Notes: a model not told the origin generated them from the sequence alone. 64,000 nucleotides of DNA from an uncultured Bacilli bacterium (GCA_947624275.1 CANQJR010000001.1:1064-65063), one strand, 5' to 3'; shown: positions 48,995-59,388, numbered from the stretch's first letter. Numbers and translations are program-made.

Positions 48995-49288
48995 ATGAAA
49001 AGTATAGATGTTTCATCGCTATCTAAATTGAACAACCCAAAGATTATTGATATCAGAGACAATTATAAATACAATTTGGGTAACATTCCCAATTCTGTCA
49101 ATATTCCGTATCTTTTTTTAATAACTAATCCTCGTGAATATTTAAATAAAAATGATACTTATTATATCCTTTGTGAAAGTGGTAATACCAGTTTGCGATG
49201 TGTTTTGGAATTGTTGGAATTGGGATATGATGTAGTCAATATCGAAGGTGGATATAACAGTTATTTAAAAAATAAAAACAACATATAA
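48995..49288 (+). CDS. Rhodanese-domain sulfurtransferase
   Basis: Active-site CESGNTS; about 98 aa; RBS AGGAGGTG. Confidence 0.75.
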   Translation: MKSIDVSSLSKLNNPKIIDIRDNYKYNLGNIPNSVNIPYLFLITNPREYLNKNDTYYILCESGNTSLRCVLELLELGYDVVNIEGGYNSYLKNKNNI

Positions 49289-49316
49289 AAAGAGAAAAAT
49301 AATTTTTTCTCTTTTC
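49288..49316. terminator. Bidirectional terminator
   Basis: AAAAGAGAAAAA-taat-TTTTTCTCTTTT 12-bp stem. Confidence 0.65.
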
Positions 49317-49821
49317 ATTTTATATATCCATTTTGAACCAGTTTTGTTTCAGTGACGACGATAAAAGCATTTTTATCGAGTTTATGAATGATGGCCTTTA
49401 TATCAGGTATATTTTTGTTATCAACTTCGATTAACAACATATATTTTTTTGATTCATTATATCCTTTGGCATTTAAGACAGTGACGCCATAGCCACTACC
49501 ACTGATGACATCGATGACTTTACGATTCTTAGTTATCACTTGTAGAGTTGAGTTTCCTTGGATGAATTTTTGAGATAGATAGCCTCCGAGATAAGTACCG
49601 ACAGCAAATCCTGCCGAATAGAATATGGCTACCCAAATGCTGTTGGTGTCAGAGTTTAGTGCTTCTCTAACTACTAAGAACCAAACTAACACTTCAAAAA
49701 AACCCAAAAGACTTGCTTGTAACGTTTTGGATTTAACCGTTAAAATAGTGCGGAATGTCCCCAGTGTCACATCTAGAATTCTGACGAAAAAAACTTTGAT
49801 GCACAATAATAATATTTGCAT
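49315..49821 (-). CDS. UPF0316/DUF2179 family membrane protein
   Basis: N-terminal TM helices plus a C-terminal DUF2179-like domain (GYGVTVLNAKGY); RBS TAGGTGAT before ATG 49821. Confidence 0.55.
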   Translation of the reverse strand: MQILLLCIKVFFVRILDVTLGTFRTILTVKSKTLQASLLGFFEVLVWFLVVREALNSDTNSIWVAIFYSAGFAVGTYLGGYLSQKFIQGNSTLQVITKNRKVIDVISGSGYGVTVLNAKGYNESKKYMLLIEVDNKNIPDIKAIIHKLDKNAFIVVTETKLVQNGYIK

Positions 49822-49947
49822 AGTATCACCTATTATGAGTATAGTTAATTGGATAAATTTTGTCAATTTATCAAAATAATAATTTATTATTATATTCATT
49901 TATATTATAATTAAAAAAAGAGAGATTATAAATATTATTTTTAGAAA

Positions 49948-50538
49948 GTGATGTCAATGGTGTCTTTTTTTCATAATTTAACTAATAATTTGATAAATTA
50001 CATGCAAATTTTTGGACCATGGTTTGGTTTCTTAATAGTGTTTTTAGAATCAATTTTTCCCTGGTTACCGTTGTGCGTGTTCATCGCTTTAAACATCGCT
50101 TCTTATGGAAATATTTGGGGTTTTCTCATATCGCTAATCGCAACGATTCTCGGTTGTGTTTGTTCCTATACTTTTTTCAAGTATTTATTCGGTAACAAAT
50201 TGGCCAAGTTGATCAAGAAAGCCAATTATAAAAAAATAAAAAGAGTGGTCGACAGCATTGAAAAGATCGATTTTTCCAATTTGGTCTTATTGATTTCTCT
50301 TCCCTTTGCACCAGCTTTTTTAATAAATATAGCTTGTGGTATTGCCAAAGTCAATTTCAAGAAATTTTTTTTGGCCCTCTTGATTGGCAAGATTGTCATC
50401 GTCTATTTTTGGGGATTCATTGGCACTAGCTTATTGGAGAGCATCACTGATGCGACGACAGTCATTTTAGTCTGTCTGTTGTTGATTGGGGCATTTATCA
50501 TTTCAAAAATAGTCGTCAAAAAATTTAATATAGAGTAG
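49948..50538 (+). CDS. DedA/TVP38 family membrane protein
   Basis: FGPWFGFLIVFLESIFPWLP...; SNARE-associated-Golgi-like topology. Confidence 0.7.
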   Translation: MMSMVSFFHNLTNNLINYMQIFGPWFGFLIVFLESIFPWLPLCVFIALNIASYGNIWGFLISLIATILGCVCSYTFFKYLFGNKLAKLIKKANYKKIKRVVDSIEKIDFSNLVLLISLPFAPAFLINIACGIAKVNFKKFFLALLIGKIVIVYFWGFIGTSLLESITDATTVILVCLLLIGAFIISKIVVKKFNIE

Positions 50539-50546
50539 GTGAAATT

Positions 50547-51635
50547 ATGGAAATAGTCATTGCAATCATTTTAGGAATTTTGGTGTTGTTGAACATCATT
50601 TTAATAATCATCGTCGTCAAAGACAAAAAGGATGAGACGAGCATCGTCGAGAGATTGGGACGTTTTGAATTTAACATTAGCAAGGATTTAAACGATTTCA
50701 AAAATGATCTCAACAAAGATGTCGATGGCAATTTTGACAAGATGAATGAAAAAATTGAACGAAAATTGAATCTCATTAACGATCGCGTCAATGAGCGTTT
50801 AGATCAAAACTTTGAGAAGACCAATAAAACGTTCTCCAATATATTAGAACGTCTTTCTAAAATTGATGAAGCTCAGAAAAAGATTGAGACCTTGTCCGGG
50901 GACATCGTTTCTTTACAAAGCGTTTTGACGGATAAGAAGAGCCGTGGCATTTTTGGTGAAGTTAACTTGAACCACATCTTAAAAAATGTTTTTGGTGAAA
51001 AAAATGATAAAATATATCAATTGCAATACACCATGTCCAATGGTAACATTGCCGATTCCATTCTCTTTGCTCCCGAACCTTTGGGAACGATTGCCATCGA
51101 TTCTAAGTTCCCTTTAGAAAATTATCAAATGATGGTTGATAAAAATAACTCTAAAGATGAACGAGAGCGCTATGAAAAATTGTTTAAAGCTGATATGAAA
51201 AAACATATCGATGCCATCAGTAGTAAGTATATAATACCAGATGAAACCAGTGATCAAGCAATCATGTTTTTACCTGCTGAAGCCATCTTTGCTGAAGTTA
51301 ATGCCCATCACCAAGACATCATCGATTACGCCTATAAAAAACATGTCTGGGTGACTTCACCAACGACTCTCATTTCCACGTTGACAGTTGTCCAAATGAT
51401 CATCAAAAATATGGAGCGTGACAAGTATACGTCCATCATTCATCAAGAATTGAATAAGTTAGGACAAGAGTTCTCGAGATATAAAGAACGTTGGGATCAT
51501 CTAGCTAAAAGTATTCAAACAGTCAATAAAGATGTGGAAAGTGTTCACATAACGACTGAAAAGATCAGCAAGCGTTTTGGTGAGATAAGTGGCGTTGAAG
51601 TGGACAAATTGACAGCGAACGAAGAGATTGAGTAA
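50547..51635 (+). CDS. rmuC: DNA recombination protein RmuC
   Basis: N-terminal TM, long coiled coil, C-terminal RmuC nuclease-like region. Confidence 0.75.
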   Translation: MEIVIAIILGILVLLNIILIIIVVKDKKDETSIVERLGRFEFNISKDLNDFKNDLNKDVDGNFDKMNEKIERKLNLINDRVNERLDQNFEKTNKTFSNILERLSKIDEAQKKIETLSGDIVSLQSVLTDKKSRGIFGEVNLNHILKNVFGEKNDKIYQLQYTMSNGNIADSILFAPEPLGTIAIDSKFPLENYQMMVDKNNSKDERERYEKLFKADMKKHIDAISSKYIIPDETSDQAIMFLPAEAIFAEVNAHHQDIIDYAYKKHVWVTSPTTLISTLTVVQMIIKNMERDKYTSIIHQELNKLGQEFSRYKERWDHLAKSIQTVNKDVESVHITTEKISKRFGEISGVEVDKLTANEEIE

Positions 51636-51695
51636 ATCTCTTTTTTCTTTGAATATAAAAAAGATTTTTAATCATAATATGGAATAGGTGGTTGT

Positions 51696-51902
51696 ATGAA
51701 TAGAATCTTTCTATTTTTAGTTGGCTTCGGTTTTACAGTAGTTGGTCTAACTTTTATAATTACCTATTTAAATTTGACGACGATTGGCTATACAATTGAG
51801 GATTATTTGTGGTTCATTGTTCATAGAATAGAATGTTTATTGGCCATAATTGGCATTTTATTAATCAATATTTCATTATATAAAAAAGGAGATAAAAAAT
51901 GA
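51696..51902 (+). CDS. Small two-TM membrane protein (68 aa)
   Basis: RBS GGAATAGGTGG; stop overlaps the next ATG (ATGA). Confidence 0.45.
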   Translation: MNRIFLFLVGFGFTVVGLTFIITYLNLTTIGYTIEDYLWFIVHRIECLLAIIGILLINISLYKKGDKK

Positions 51903-52546
51903 TGATATACATCTATGATTTGATATTGAATTGGAATGATAAGAGGAGATATGAGTTCTTTGAATGGGAAGAAAATGATGAAATTGAATACATAAAGAAA
52001 ATACCTATTTTTAGAATTGATAATTTTGATGACATATTGAATAAAACTATTAAGGTCGATGCTGATTTTTTGATCAATTTATATAATAAAACGGAAATAT
52101 ATGGTGCTCATCAAACCGAAAAGATCAATTATGCCTGTATTTTTTGTAATGGAGAGTTGAGCAAAGCGATTGCGATGGAATTCAGTGATGAAGGTGAGAG
52201 CCTCTATGAGAGCAATATATATTTCTTAGATCTGGAAGATATCTTTAATATGGCCAATCGACTAGGAACCTTCAATTTGAAATGTGATGTTCTCACCACC
52301 AAAGAGAGTGATGATCACTATTTGACGCGTCGAGAAGTCGTCAAAAAAAGATTTTTGGTCAATGAAATAAATGATTCTTATCGAGATAAGAATGTCGATA
52401 AATTAAAGTACATGTATTATGAAGTTTTTGGAACTGATGGTCGAGATATCGATGAGATGCACAATCGCTTGTTGGCGAGTCTCAAAAACGAATATAACTA
52501 TGTTCATGATAACGTTTACAATTTGATAAAAGCTCCCAATTTATGA
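51899..52546 (+). CDS. Hypothetical cytoplasmic protein (215 aa)
   Basis: Translationally coupled to the 51696 ORF; no motifs recognised. Confidence 0.4.
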   Translation: MMIYIYDLILNWNDKRRYEFFEWEENDEIEYIKKIPIFRIDNFDDILNKTIKVDADFLINLYNKTEIYGAHQTEKINYACIFCNGELSKAIAMEFSDEGESLYESNIYFLDLEDIFNMANRLGTFNLKCDVLTTKESDDHYLTRREVVKKRFLVNEINDSYRDKNVDKLKYMYYEVFGTDGRDIDEMHNRLLASLKNEYNYVHDNVYNLIKAPNL

Positions 52547-52608
52547 GAAAGAAGATATTTCTTTCTTTTTTTCTTTATGGTAGAATTAAAATATCATGGG
52601 AGGTAGGC

Positions 52609-54780
52609 ATGATGAATGAACAAATAATACTCGATATCAGCAATGATTTGAAAATCAAACAAAGACAAGTTGAAGTGGTGTTAACCTTGCTGAAAGAGGG
52701 CAATACTATTCCCTTTATTGCTAGATATCGCAAAGAAAAAACGGGAGCTTTGGACGAAGAGGTAATTCGTCGTATTAGCGAAGTGTATGAATATGAACAA
52801 AATTTGCTGAAGCGCAAAGAGGATACGATTCGTTTAATCGATGAGAGAGGTATGTTGACAGAAGAATTGAAAAATGCTATTTTAGCTTGTCGCAAGTTGG
52901 TCGAAGTGGATGATTTGTATAGACCATATAAAGAAAAGAAAAAGACTAAAGCTACTGAAGCTATTGCGAAAGGATTGGAACCATTAGCTAAAACGCTTTT
53001 GGAGTTTCAAAATAGAAATATCACTAATGAAGCTAAAAAGTATTTATCACCTGATGTCAAAACGCCAGAAGAAGCCATTGAAGGAGCTAAATATATAATT
53101 GCTGAATTGGTGAGCGACAATGCTGAATATCGCAAATATATCCGTGAAAATATTGTTAAATATGGCAATATATCTTCGAAATTAAAAGAGAAAAAAGCTA
53201 ATGATGAAAATAGAGTTTATGAAATGTATTATGATTATAGTGAACCGCTTTCTAAGATAAAACCGCATCGCATTTTAGCCCTCAATCGTGGTGAAAAAGA
53301 AAACGTCTTATCAGTTTCTATTGAGGTCAATACTGATCACATTTTGGATTATCTATATAAAAAGAATGTTAAGAGGAGAGGAACTAGTGAAGAACCAATT
53401 GTGAAAGAAGCCATTGATGACAGTTTTAAAAGATTGATTTTTCCAAGTGTGGAAAGAGAGATTAGAAGTGATTTAAAACTAGTTGGTGAAGATGCCGCTA
53501 TTGACAATTTTGCTAAGAACGTCGAAAAATTACTATTGACGCCACCGATGAGAGAAAAAGTGGTTTTGGGATATGATCCTGCATTCCGTACCGGTTGTAA
53601 ATTGGCCGTTTTAGATCCGACAGGAAAACCTTTAGAGATAGCTGTAATCTATCCGACCGAACCTCATTGCAAGATCGAAGAGAGCAAAAAAATAATGTTA
53701 GATTTGATTGCTAAATATGGAATTGACATCATTGCTATTGGCAATGGGACCGCTTCGCGCGAAAGCGAGGCATTTGTATCTGAAGTGATCAAAGCCTGTC
53801 CGAAAAAAGTTGAGTACGTCATCGTCAATGAAGCTGGAGCTTCAGTTTATTCAGCTTCACCATTGGCCATTGCTGAATTTCCCAATTTGACTGTTGAAAA
53901 AAGAAGTGCCATTTCCATCGGACGTCGCCTTCAGGATTCGCTTAGTGAACTGGTTAAAATAGACCCTAAAAGCATTGGTGTCGGTCTTTATCAACATGAC
54001 GTAACTCCTAAAAAATTGGATGAATCTCTCGACTTTGTCGTCACTAAAGTCGTCAACCAAGTTGGAGTAAATTTGAATACAGCTTCGCCATCTCTTTTGA
54101 AGTATGTCTCCGGTCTCAATAAAAAGGCCATTGATAACATCATTGAGACAAGAGAACGAAATGGCAAGTTTACATCGAGATTAGAGTTGAAAAAAGTCAA
54201 AGGTATAAGTGATAAAGTCTTTGAACAATCAATCGGTTTCATGCGCATTTTAGATGGTGTCAATCCGCTCGATAAGACATCGATTCATCCAGAGAGTTAT
54301 CCCTATGTCGAAAAATTGTTGAAAAGTATTTCGATGGATAAAAAGGAAATTGGCAGTGCTGAACTAAATGCTAAACTAAAAGATTTTGATGTTGACAAAT
54401 ATAGCGTTGAGTTAGGAATTGACAAGTATACTTTAAAAGATATCGTTGCTGATTTAGTGAAGCCTAACCGCGATCCCCGCGATGACATGCCTAAACCTCT
54501 TTTGAAGAGTGACGTTTTGCACCTCGAACAGTTACATGTCGGTGATAAACTACAAGGTACCGTTCGAAATGTCGTCGATTTTGGTGTTTTCATTGACATC
54601 GGTGTCCACAACGATGGCTTGGCACACATATCCAAATTGAGCAATCATTACATTCAACATCCGAGTGAGATTTTGAGTGTTGGTGACATCGTTGATTGTT
54701 ACGTTTTGGACGTCGATTTAAAAAAACAGAAAGTAGCTCTAAGTTTGTTACCAATTGAAAAAGTGGGAGGAGTAGTATGA
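52609..54780 (+). CDS. tex: Transcription accessory protein Tex (S1 RNA-binding domain)
   Basis: NTIPFIARYRKEKTGALDEEVIR N-terminus, YqgF/HhH region, C-terminal S1 domain (GDKLQGTVRNVVDFGVFIDIG); RBS GGGAGG. Confidence 0.9.
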   Translation: MMNEQIILDISNDLKIKQRQVEVVLTLLKEGNTIPFIARYRKEKTGALDEEVIRRISEVYEYEQNLLKRKEDTIRLIDERGMLTEELKNAILACRKLVEVDDLYRPYKEKKKTKATEAIAKGLEPLAKTLLEFQNRNITNEAKKYLSPDVKTPEEAIEGAKYIIAELVSDNAEYRKYIRENIVKYGNISSKLKEKKANDENRVYEMYYDYSEPLSKIKPHRILALNRGEKENVLSVSIEVNTDHILDYLYKKNVKRRGTSEEPIVKEAIDDSFKRLIFPSVEREIRSDLKLVGEDAAIDNFAKNVEKLLLTPPMREKVVLGYDPAFRTGCKLAVLDPTGKPLEIAVIYPTEPHCKIEESKKIMLDLIAKYGIDIIAIGNGTASRESEAFVSEVIKACPKKVEYVIVNEAGASVYSASPLAIAEFPNLTVEKRSAISIGRRLQDSLSELVKIDPKSIGVGLYQHDVTPKKLDESLDFVVTKVVNQVGVNLNTASPSLLKYVSGLNKKAIDNIIETRERNGKFTSRLELKKVKGISDKVFEQSIGFMRILDGVNPLDKTSIHPESYPYVEKLLKSISMDKKEIGSAELNAKLKDFDVDKYSVELGIDKYTLKDIVADLVKPNRDPRDDMPKPLLKSDVLHLEQLHVGDKLQGTVRNVVDFGVFIDIGVHNDGLAHISKLSNHYIQHPSEILSVGDIVDCYVLDVDLKKQKVALSLLPIEKVGGVV

Positions 54781-55124
54781 AAAAAATGATGAATGAATAC
54801 ATTGCAGAAATTGAAAAAAAAGTAAAAGATAAACAAAATTGTGATGAGGAGTCTTTGGAAGATTTGAAATTGAAAATAAGTTTCTTCCAACATGAACGTT
54901 TAGTCCATTTTTTAGTTACGATGTTGGTCGGTCTGATAACGGTTATTTTATTAGTAACCAATATCTTCATAAATAATTTGGCACTGCTCATCTTATTAGT
55001 AATTTTTATCCTCTTGTTGATTCCTTATCTCTTCCACTATTATTTTTTGGAGAATAAAGTACAATATATGTATGAATTATACGATTTGATGCATAAAAAA
55101 ATGGATAAAAGTAAAAAGAGTTAA
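54777..55124 (+). CDS. Hypothetical two-TM membrane protein (115 aa)
   Basis: RBS GGAGGAG; overlaps the tex stop. Confidence 0.45.
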   Translation: MKKMMNEYIAEIEKKVKDKQNCDEESLEDLKLKISFFQHERLVHFLVTMLVGLITVILLVTNIFINNLALLILLVIFILLLIPYLFHYYFLENKVQYMYELYDLMHKKMDKSKKS

Positions 55125-55142
55125 AAAATTAACTCTTTTTTA
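55116..55142. terminator. Bidirectional terminator between the 54777 gene (+) and trpS (-)
   Basis: AAGAGTTAA-aaaa-TTAACTCTT stem with T-runs on both strands. Confidence 0.7.
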
Positions 55143-56159
55143 TTCATCTTCAAAATAATTGATATTCATCGCTCTTTTAACTTCTTTAATGGTCTTTTCA
55201 GCTTCGTGTCTAGCACGTTCTGTTCCATCTTTTAGAATCTTTTCAACTAGTTCTGGATGATTCTCATAGTAATCAATTTTATCGTGAACAGGTTTTAAGA
55301 AGAGATTCATCTTCTCTATGAGTTCTTTTTTACAAGCCACACAACCGCGTTTTCCTCTTTTGCATTCTTCACAAACAGTGGCGATATTATCATTTTTGAT
55401 CAACTTGTGATAATAGTAAACCATACATATATCAGGATTAGCTGGATCATCTTTCTTAATCTTTGCTGGATCGGTGATAGCACTCATAATTTTTTTATTG
55501 ATCGTCTCTTCATCATCACAGAGATAGATGGCATTTCCCAAACTCTTTCCCATTTTTTCATTTCCATCTAAACCTTTGATGCGCATCGTATCTTTGGAAA
55601 GATATGCCTCAGGTTCTTTTAGCGTATCGCCATAAATGTTGTTAAACTTGCGAACTATTTCACGACACTGTTCTAAAAGTGGCAACTGATCTTCCCCAAC
55701 GGGGATTAACTCGCCATTGAAAGCTGTTATGTCAGCTGCCTGACTGATGGGATAACCCAAAAAGCCGTAAGTTATGCCGTCACCTTTTTCCCCAAACAAA
55801 TCTTTTTTCTGTTTGATTTCTGTTTTGACAGTCGGATTTCTCTCCAGTCTAGCAATAGTTACTAAATTGGAGTAATAGACAGTCAATTCTGCGATCTCCG
55901 GAATCATCGATTGAATGAAAAGGGTAGCTTTATGCGGATCAATTCCTACCGCTAACAAATCGATTGCAAGATCTTTCACACTGCGATTGACCTTTTCAGG
56001 ATTGTCAAAATTGTCCGTCAATGCTTGGACGTCAGCAATTTCGATGAAGGTGTTATATTGGTCTTGGAGTTTAACCCAATTTTTACTAGCCCCAAAATAG
56101 TGACCTAAATGTAGTCTACCAGTTGGTCGTATACCTGTTAAAATATTTTTCTTTTCCAT
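55140..56159 (-). CDS. trpS: Tryptophan--tRNA ligase
   Basis: GIRPTGRLHLGHY (HIGH) and KMGKS (KMSKS) motifs; RBS AAGGAG. Confidence 0.9.
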   Translation of the reverse strand: MEKKNILTGIRPTGRLHLGHYFGASKNWVKLQDQYNTFIEIADVQALTDNFDNPEKVNRSVKDLAIDLLAVGIDPHKATLFIQSMIPEIAELTVYYSNLVTIARLERNPTVKTEIKQKKDLFGEKGDGITYGFLGYPISQAADITAFNGELIPVGEDQLPLLEQCREIVRKFNNIYGDTLKEPEAYLSKDTMRIKGLDGNEKMGKSLGNAIYLCDDEETINKKIMSAITDPAKIKKDDPANPDICMVYYYHKLIKNDNIATVCEECKRGKRGCVACKKELIEKMNLFLKPVHDKIDYYENHPELVEKILKDGTERARHEAEKTIKEVKRAMNINYFEDE

Positions 56160-56213
56160 GGTTTTCACTCCTTTAATCAATTACATATTTATTTTAACAT
56201 AACCTATGAAAAA

Positions 56214-56242
56214 TTGACAATTTTTTGTTTTTTTGTTATAAT
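56214..56242 (+). promoter_or_regulatory. Consensus sigma-A promoter TTGACA-17-TATAAT for the 56275 gene; its -35 is the reverse complement of a TTGTCA -35 of a probable divergent trpS promoter
   Basis: Perfect hexamers with a 17-nt spacer seen directly in the sequence. Confidence 0.6.
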
Positions 56243-56274
56243 ATCACACCTGTAAAGAGAAAAGGGGGAATTTG

Positions 56275-56760
56275 ATGAAAAATATTCGCGTTTACGAATT
56301 TTTTTTAGACAATTTAGATAAATCATTTAAGATGCGATATGTTCACATCTCTTTGACGAGAACTTATGTCTATAACCTCGGAAAGAATAAGACGATTTAC
56401 TATCGCAAAAAAGGATTGGTGCCACGTAAAATCTTTTTATGTGGAAAAGAGAAAATTTTCAGTTCCTCAAAAATAGATTTTAAAAATTTTAATTATAAAA
56501 AATATAAAATGAAAAATATTATTAATATAATATATGAATATTTATTAATTGATGAACAAAAAGATTTTGAGAAGAATAACAGTTTTGACATTGCTAAAAG
56601 AGAAAGTCATCAACCTAAATTGATTGATTCTTTTATTAGAAATGATAATGATGAAGAAGTTGTCGTGATGTGTTTTGACGATTCATCAAAGAAAAAAAAC
56701 AAATTAAAAAATATTTTTTGGATCGATGAAAACAATTATAGTTATTTAAATCTTGAATGA
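56275..56760 (+). CDS. Hypothetical protein (161 aa), Lys/Asn-rich
   Basis: RBS AAGGGGG before ATG 56275; no motif recognised. Confidence 0.4.
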   Translation: MKNIRVYEFFLDNLDKSFKMRYVHISLTRTYVYNLGKNKTIYYRKKGLVPRKIFLCGKEKIFSSSKIDFKNFNYKKYKMKNIINIIYEYLLIDEQKDFEKNNSFDIAKRESHQPKLIDSFIRNDNDEEVVVMCFDDSSKKKNKLKNIFWIDENNYSYLNLE

Positions 56761-56808
56761 TGTATAAAAAAGGAAATAGTGATAATAATACTACTGAGGA
56801 GGAATATT

Positions 56809-57354
56809 ATGAAAAAGAAGGTAGTATTTGTTATCGCTATTTTATTATTATTAGTTGGCTGTGGCAAAATGATGGATTCACCTACTAAAAAAGTAGAAGC
56901 CTTTTTAAATAAATATCAAACTAATGATAAAGAAGTAGTTGATGAATTTGATACGAGTCTATTTGAAGATCAGACTTTGAGTGATGAACAGAAAGATCGT
57001 TATAAACAAGTTATGTTAAATCAGTATAAGAATTTGAAATATAAAATCAAAGAAGAGAAAATTGATGGTAATAAAGCCACTGTCGATGCCGAAATTGAGG
57101 TTTATGACTTCAACACTGCTCTCAACAATGCCTATACTTATTTGGATGAGCATCATGATGAATTCTTTGTGGATGAAGTTTTAGATGCTGCTCGTTTCGT
57201 CGATTACAAAATAGAACAATTATTAAATTTTAAAGATAAAATCACATATACTATTACTTTTAATTTGACACGTGATGACAGCAAGTCCGATTGGAAACTA
57301 GAGGAATTATCAGAAGCTGATTTACAAAAAATTCATGGAATATACAAAAATTAG
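56809..57354 (+). CDS. Hypothetical lipoprotein
   Basis: Lipobox LLVGCG after the signal peptide; RBS GAGGAGG. Confidence 0.6.
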   Translation: MKKKVVFVIAILLLLVGCGKMMDSPTKKVEAFLNKYQTNDKEVVDEFDTSLFEDQTLSDEQKDRYKQVMLNQYKNLKYKIKEEKIDGNKATVDAEIEVYDFNTALNNAYTYLDEHHDEFFVDEVLDAARFVDYKIEQLLNFKDKITYTITFNLTRDDSKSDWKLEELSEADLQKIHGIYKN

Positions 57355-57376
57355 ACTAATGTTTTAGTCTTTTTTT
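57352..57376 (+). terminator. Rho-independent terminator
   Basis: AGACTAA-tgtt-TTAGTCT stem followed by TTTTTTT. Confidence 0.65.
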
Positions 57377-57472
57377 ATCATACTGAATTTGGTAAACAAT
57401 TATTTATCTTTTTTAATCGGTTAAAAATCTTTTAACTTCTATTTATAACACTTTTATCATTTATTAAAATAG

Positions 57473-58582
57473 GTGATGTTTTTGAAAAAGATCATTTTTA
57501 TTTTAATTCTATTATTTATTTCGGTACCAATTAGATGTTTTTCTCTATGTGAGAGTAGTTACAGTTGTCTTTTGATGGATGTCGATAGTGGTAGAGTACT
57601 ATATTCTAAAAGAGCTAATGCTAAACATTTAATTGCTTCTACTACTAAGTTGATGACTTTCTTAGTCGCCTATGAAAATGGCAATTTAGATGACTTATAT
57701 GAAGCTAAAGAAGACATTTTGAAGATGTATGGAACGAGTATTTATTTGAGTCTTGGTGAAAAGATGAGTTTAAAAGATTTATTATATGGCCTAATTCTCA
57801 GAAGTGGGAATGATGCGAGTGTAGTCATAGCCAATAACGTCTTTAAAGATTATGACACTTTTATTGTCAAGATGAATGAGCGTGCTCAAGAATTGGGAAT
57901 GAAGAATACCATTTTTAAAAATCCCCATGGTCTAGACGAAGAAACTGAGAATTATTCCACTAGTCAAGATATGGCTCTTCTGTCCAAATTTTTATACAAT
58001 ATTCCTTTTTTTAGAGTAGTGACCTCAACTAAACATTATCAGACAGCGACGGATTTAAAATCATATGATTGGTATAATCGCAACAAACTTTTAACGCAAT
58101 ACAGATATGCGACAGGCGGGAAGAATGGTTATACACCTAAAGCTGGTAAAACCCTCGTGACAACTGCTTCTAAGAACAATTTATCTTTGACCGCCGTCTC
58201 TTTGGATGATGACAATTTATATGATACCCATATCAGTTTATATGAATATGGCTTTGCCAACTATGAAAGTTATCAAATCATCAATAAAAATACTTTTTCT
58301 TATCGTGATAGTCATTATGACGGCAAAATGTATGTCAATAATTCCTTTTCTTATCCCATTACTTCTGGTGAAAAGGAGAAGTTGGAAGTAGTTATTCAAG
58401 TGATAAAAAAAGTGGATTTAGAGAAAAGTAAAAAAGTCGGTGATGTCATTGTCTATTTTGATGGCGATGAAGTGTATCGTGAAGATCTGTTGATCAAAAA
58501 TAATGGAGTGAACAATGACAGTTTTTTAAAAAGAATCAAAAACTTTTTTCACAATTTTTTCAAAAGATTATCACATTGGTAA
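57473..58582 (+). CDS. Serine-type D-Ala-D-Ala carboxypeptidase (DacF-like, peptidase S11)
   Basis: SxxK ASTTK, SxN SGND, KTG GGKNGYT; signal peptide. ATG 57476 or TTG 57482 are alternative starts. Confidence 0.8.
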   Translation: MMFLKKIIFILILLFISVPIRCFSLCESSYSCLLMDVDSGRVLYSKRANAKHLIASTTKLMTFLVAYENGNLDDLYEAKEDILKMYGTSIYLSLGEKMSLKDLLYGLILRSGNDASVVIANNVFKDYDTFIVKMNERAQELGMKNTIFKNPHGLDEETENYSTSQDMALLSKFLYNIPFFRVVTSTKHYQTATDLKSYDWYNRNKLLTQYRYATGGKNGYTPKAGKTLVTTASKNNLSLTAVSLDDDNLYDTHISLYEYGFANYESYQIINKNTFSYRDSHYDGKMYVNNSFSYPITSGEKEKLEVVIQVIKKVDLEKSKKVGDVIVYFDGDEVYREDLLIKNNGVNNDSFLKRIKNFFHNFFKRLSHW

Positions 58583-58665
58583 AAAAATATAACAAATCGG
58601 TCAGGAACGATAACTTTTTCTTGAAAAATAAGGAGTTTTTATATATAATATGCCTAGGTGATTTT

Positions 58666-59379
58666 ATGGAACGTCTACAAAAAGTTATTGCTAATAGCGG
58701 ATATACCTCAAGACGTAAGGCCGAAGAATTGATCCTACAAAAAAAGGTTGAGGTCAATGGTGTATTAGTTAGTGAATTAGGAACTAAAGTTAGTGAAAAA
58801 GACATAATTACCGTTGATGGTGAAGAGATAAATCGTGATGAAAAAGTGTACTATCTTTTGAACAAACCGCGTGGAGTCATCACTTCGACTAAAGATGAAC
58901 ATGGTCGTAAAACAGTCGTTTCTCTAATCGATGAGAAGAGGAGAATCTATCCCGTTGGACGTTTGGATTATGATACGACAGGAGCATTAATTTTGACTAA
59001 TGATGGCGAATTTGCTAATAGATTGATGCATCCCAGTAATCAAATCGATAAAGTCTATGTTGCTAAAATTGAGGGCGTCTTATTGCCAAGTGAAATAATG
59101 GCCTTGAAGAATGGCGTTGAAATTGATGGCATAAAGACAGCTAAAGCTAGAGTTAAAATAAAAAAGATAGATAAGAAAGCTAACACTTCCATTGTAGAGA
59201 TGGTCATTCATGAAGGAAAAAACCATCAAGTTAAAAGAATGTTTGAATGCGTCAATAAAAAAGTTCTCAAATTGAAACGCGAAAAGATTGCCTTTTTAGA
59301 TTTGAAGGGTTTAGCGTCTGGTGAATATCGAAAACTCAGTCATAAAGAAGTTTCAAAATTTTATGTCTTGACAAAATAA
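58666..59379 (+). CDS. rluB: RsuA/RluB-family pseudouridine synthase with an S4 domain
   Basis: N-terminal S4 (RLQKVIANSGYTSRRKAEELI), catalytic GRLDYDTTGALILTNDG; RBS TAGGTGA. Confidence 0.8.
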   Translation: MERLQKVIANSGYTSRRKAEELILQKKVEVNGVLVSELGTKVSEKDIITVDGEEINRDEKVYYLLNKPRGVITSTKDEHGRKTVVSLIDEKRRIYPVGRLDYDTTGALILTNDGEFANRLMHPSNQIDKVYVAKIEGVLLPSEIMALKNGVEIDGIKTAKARVKIKKIDKKANTSIVEMVIHEGKNHQVKRMFECVNKKVLKLKREKIAFLDLKGLASGEYRKLSHKEVSKFYVLTK

Positions 59380-59388
59380 GGTGATAAT

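Noticed and set aside
56160-56274. Possible T-box riboswitch upstream of trpS
   Set aside because: Only about 115 nt of leader is available, and no specifier loop or T-box consensus (AATTAGGGTGGNACCGCG-like) was seen on the minus strand.
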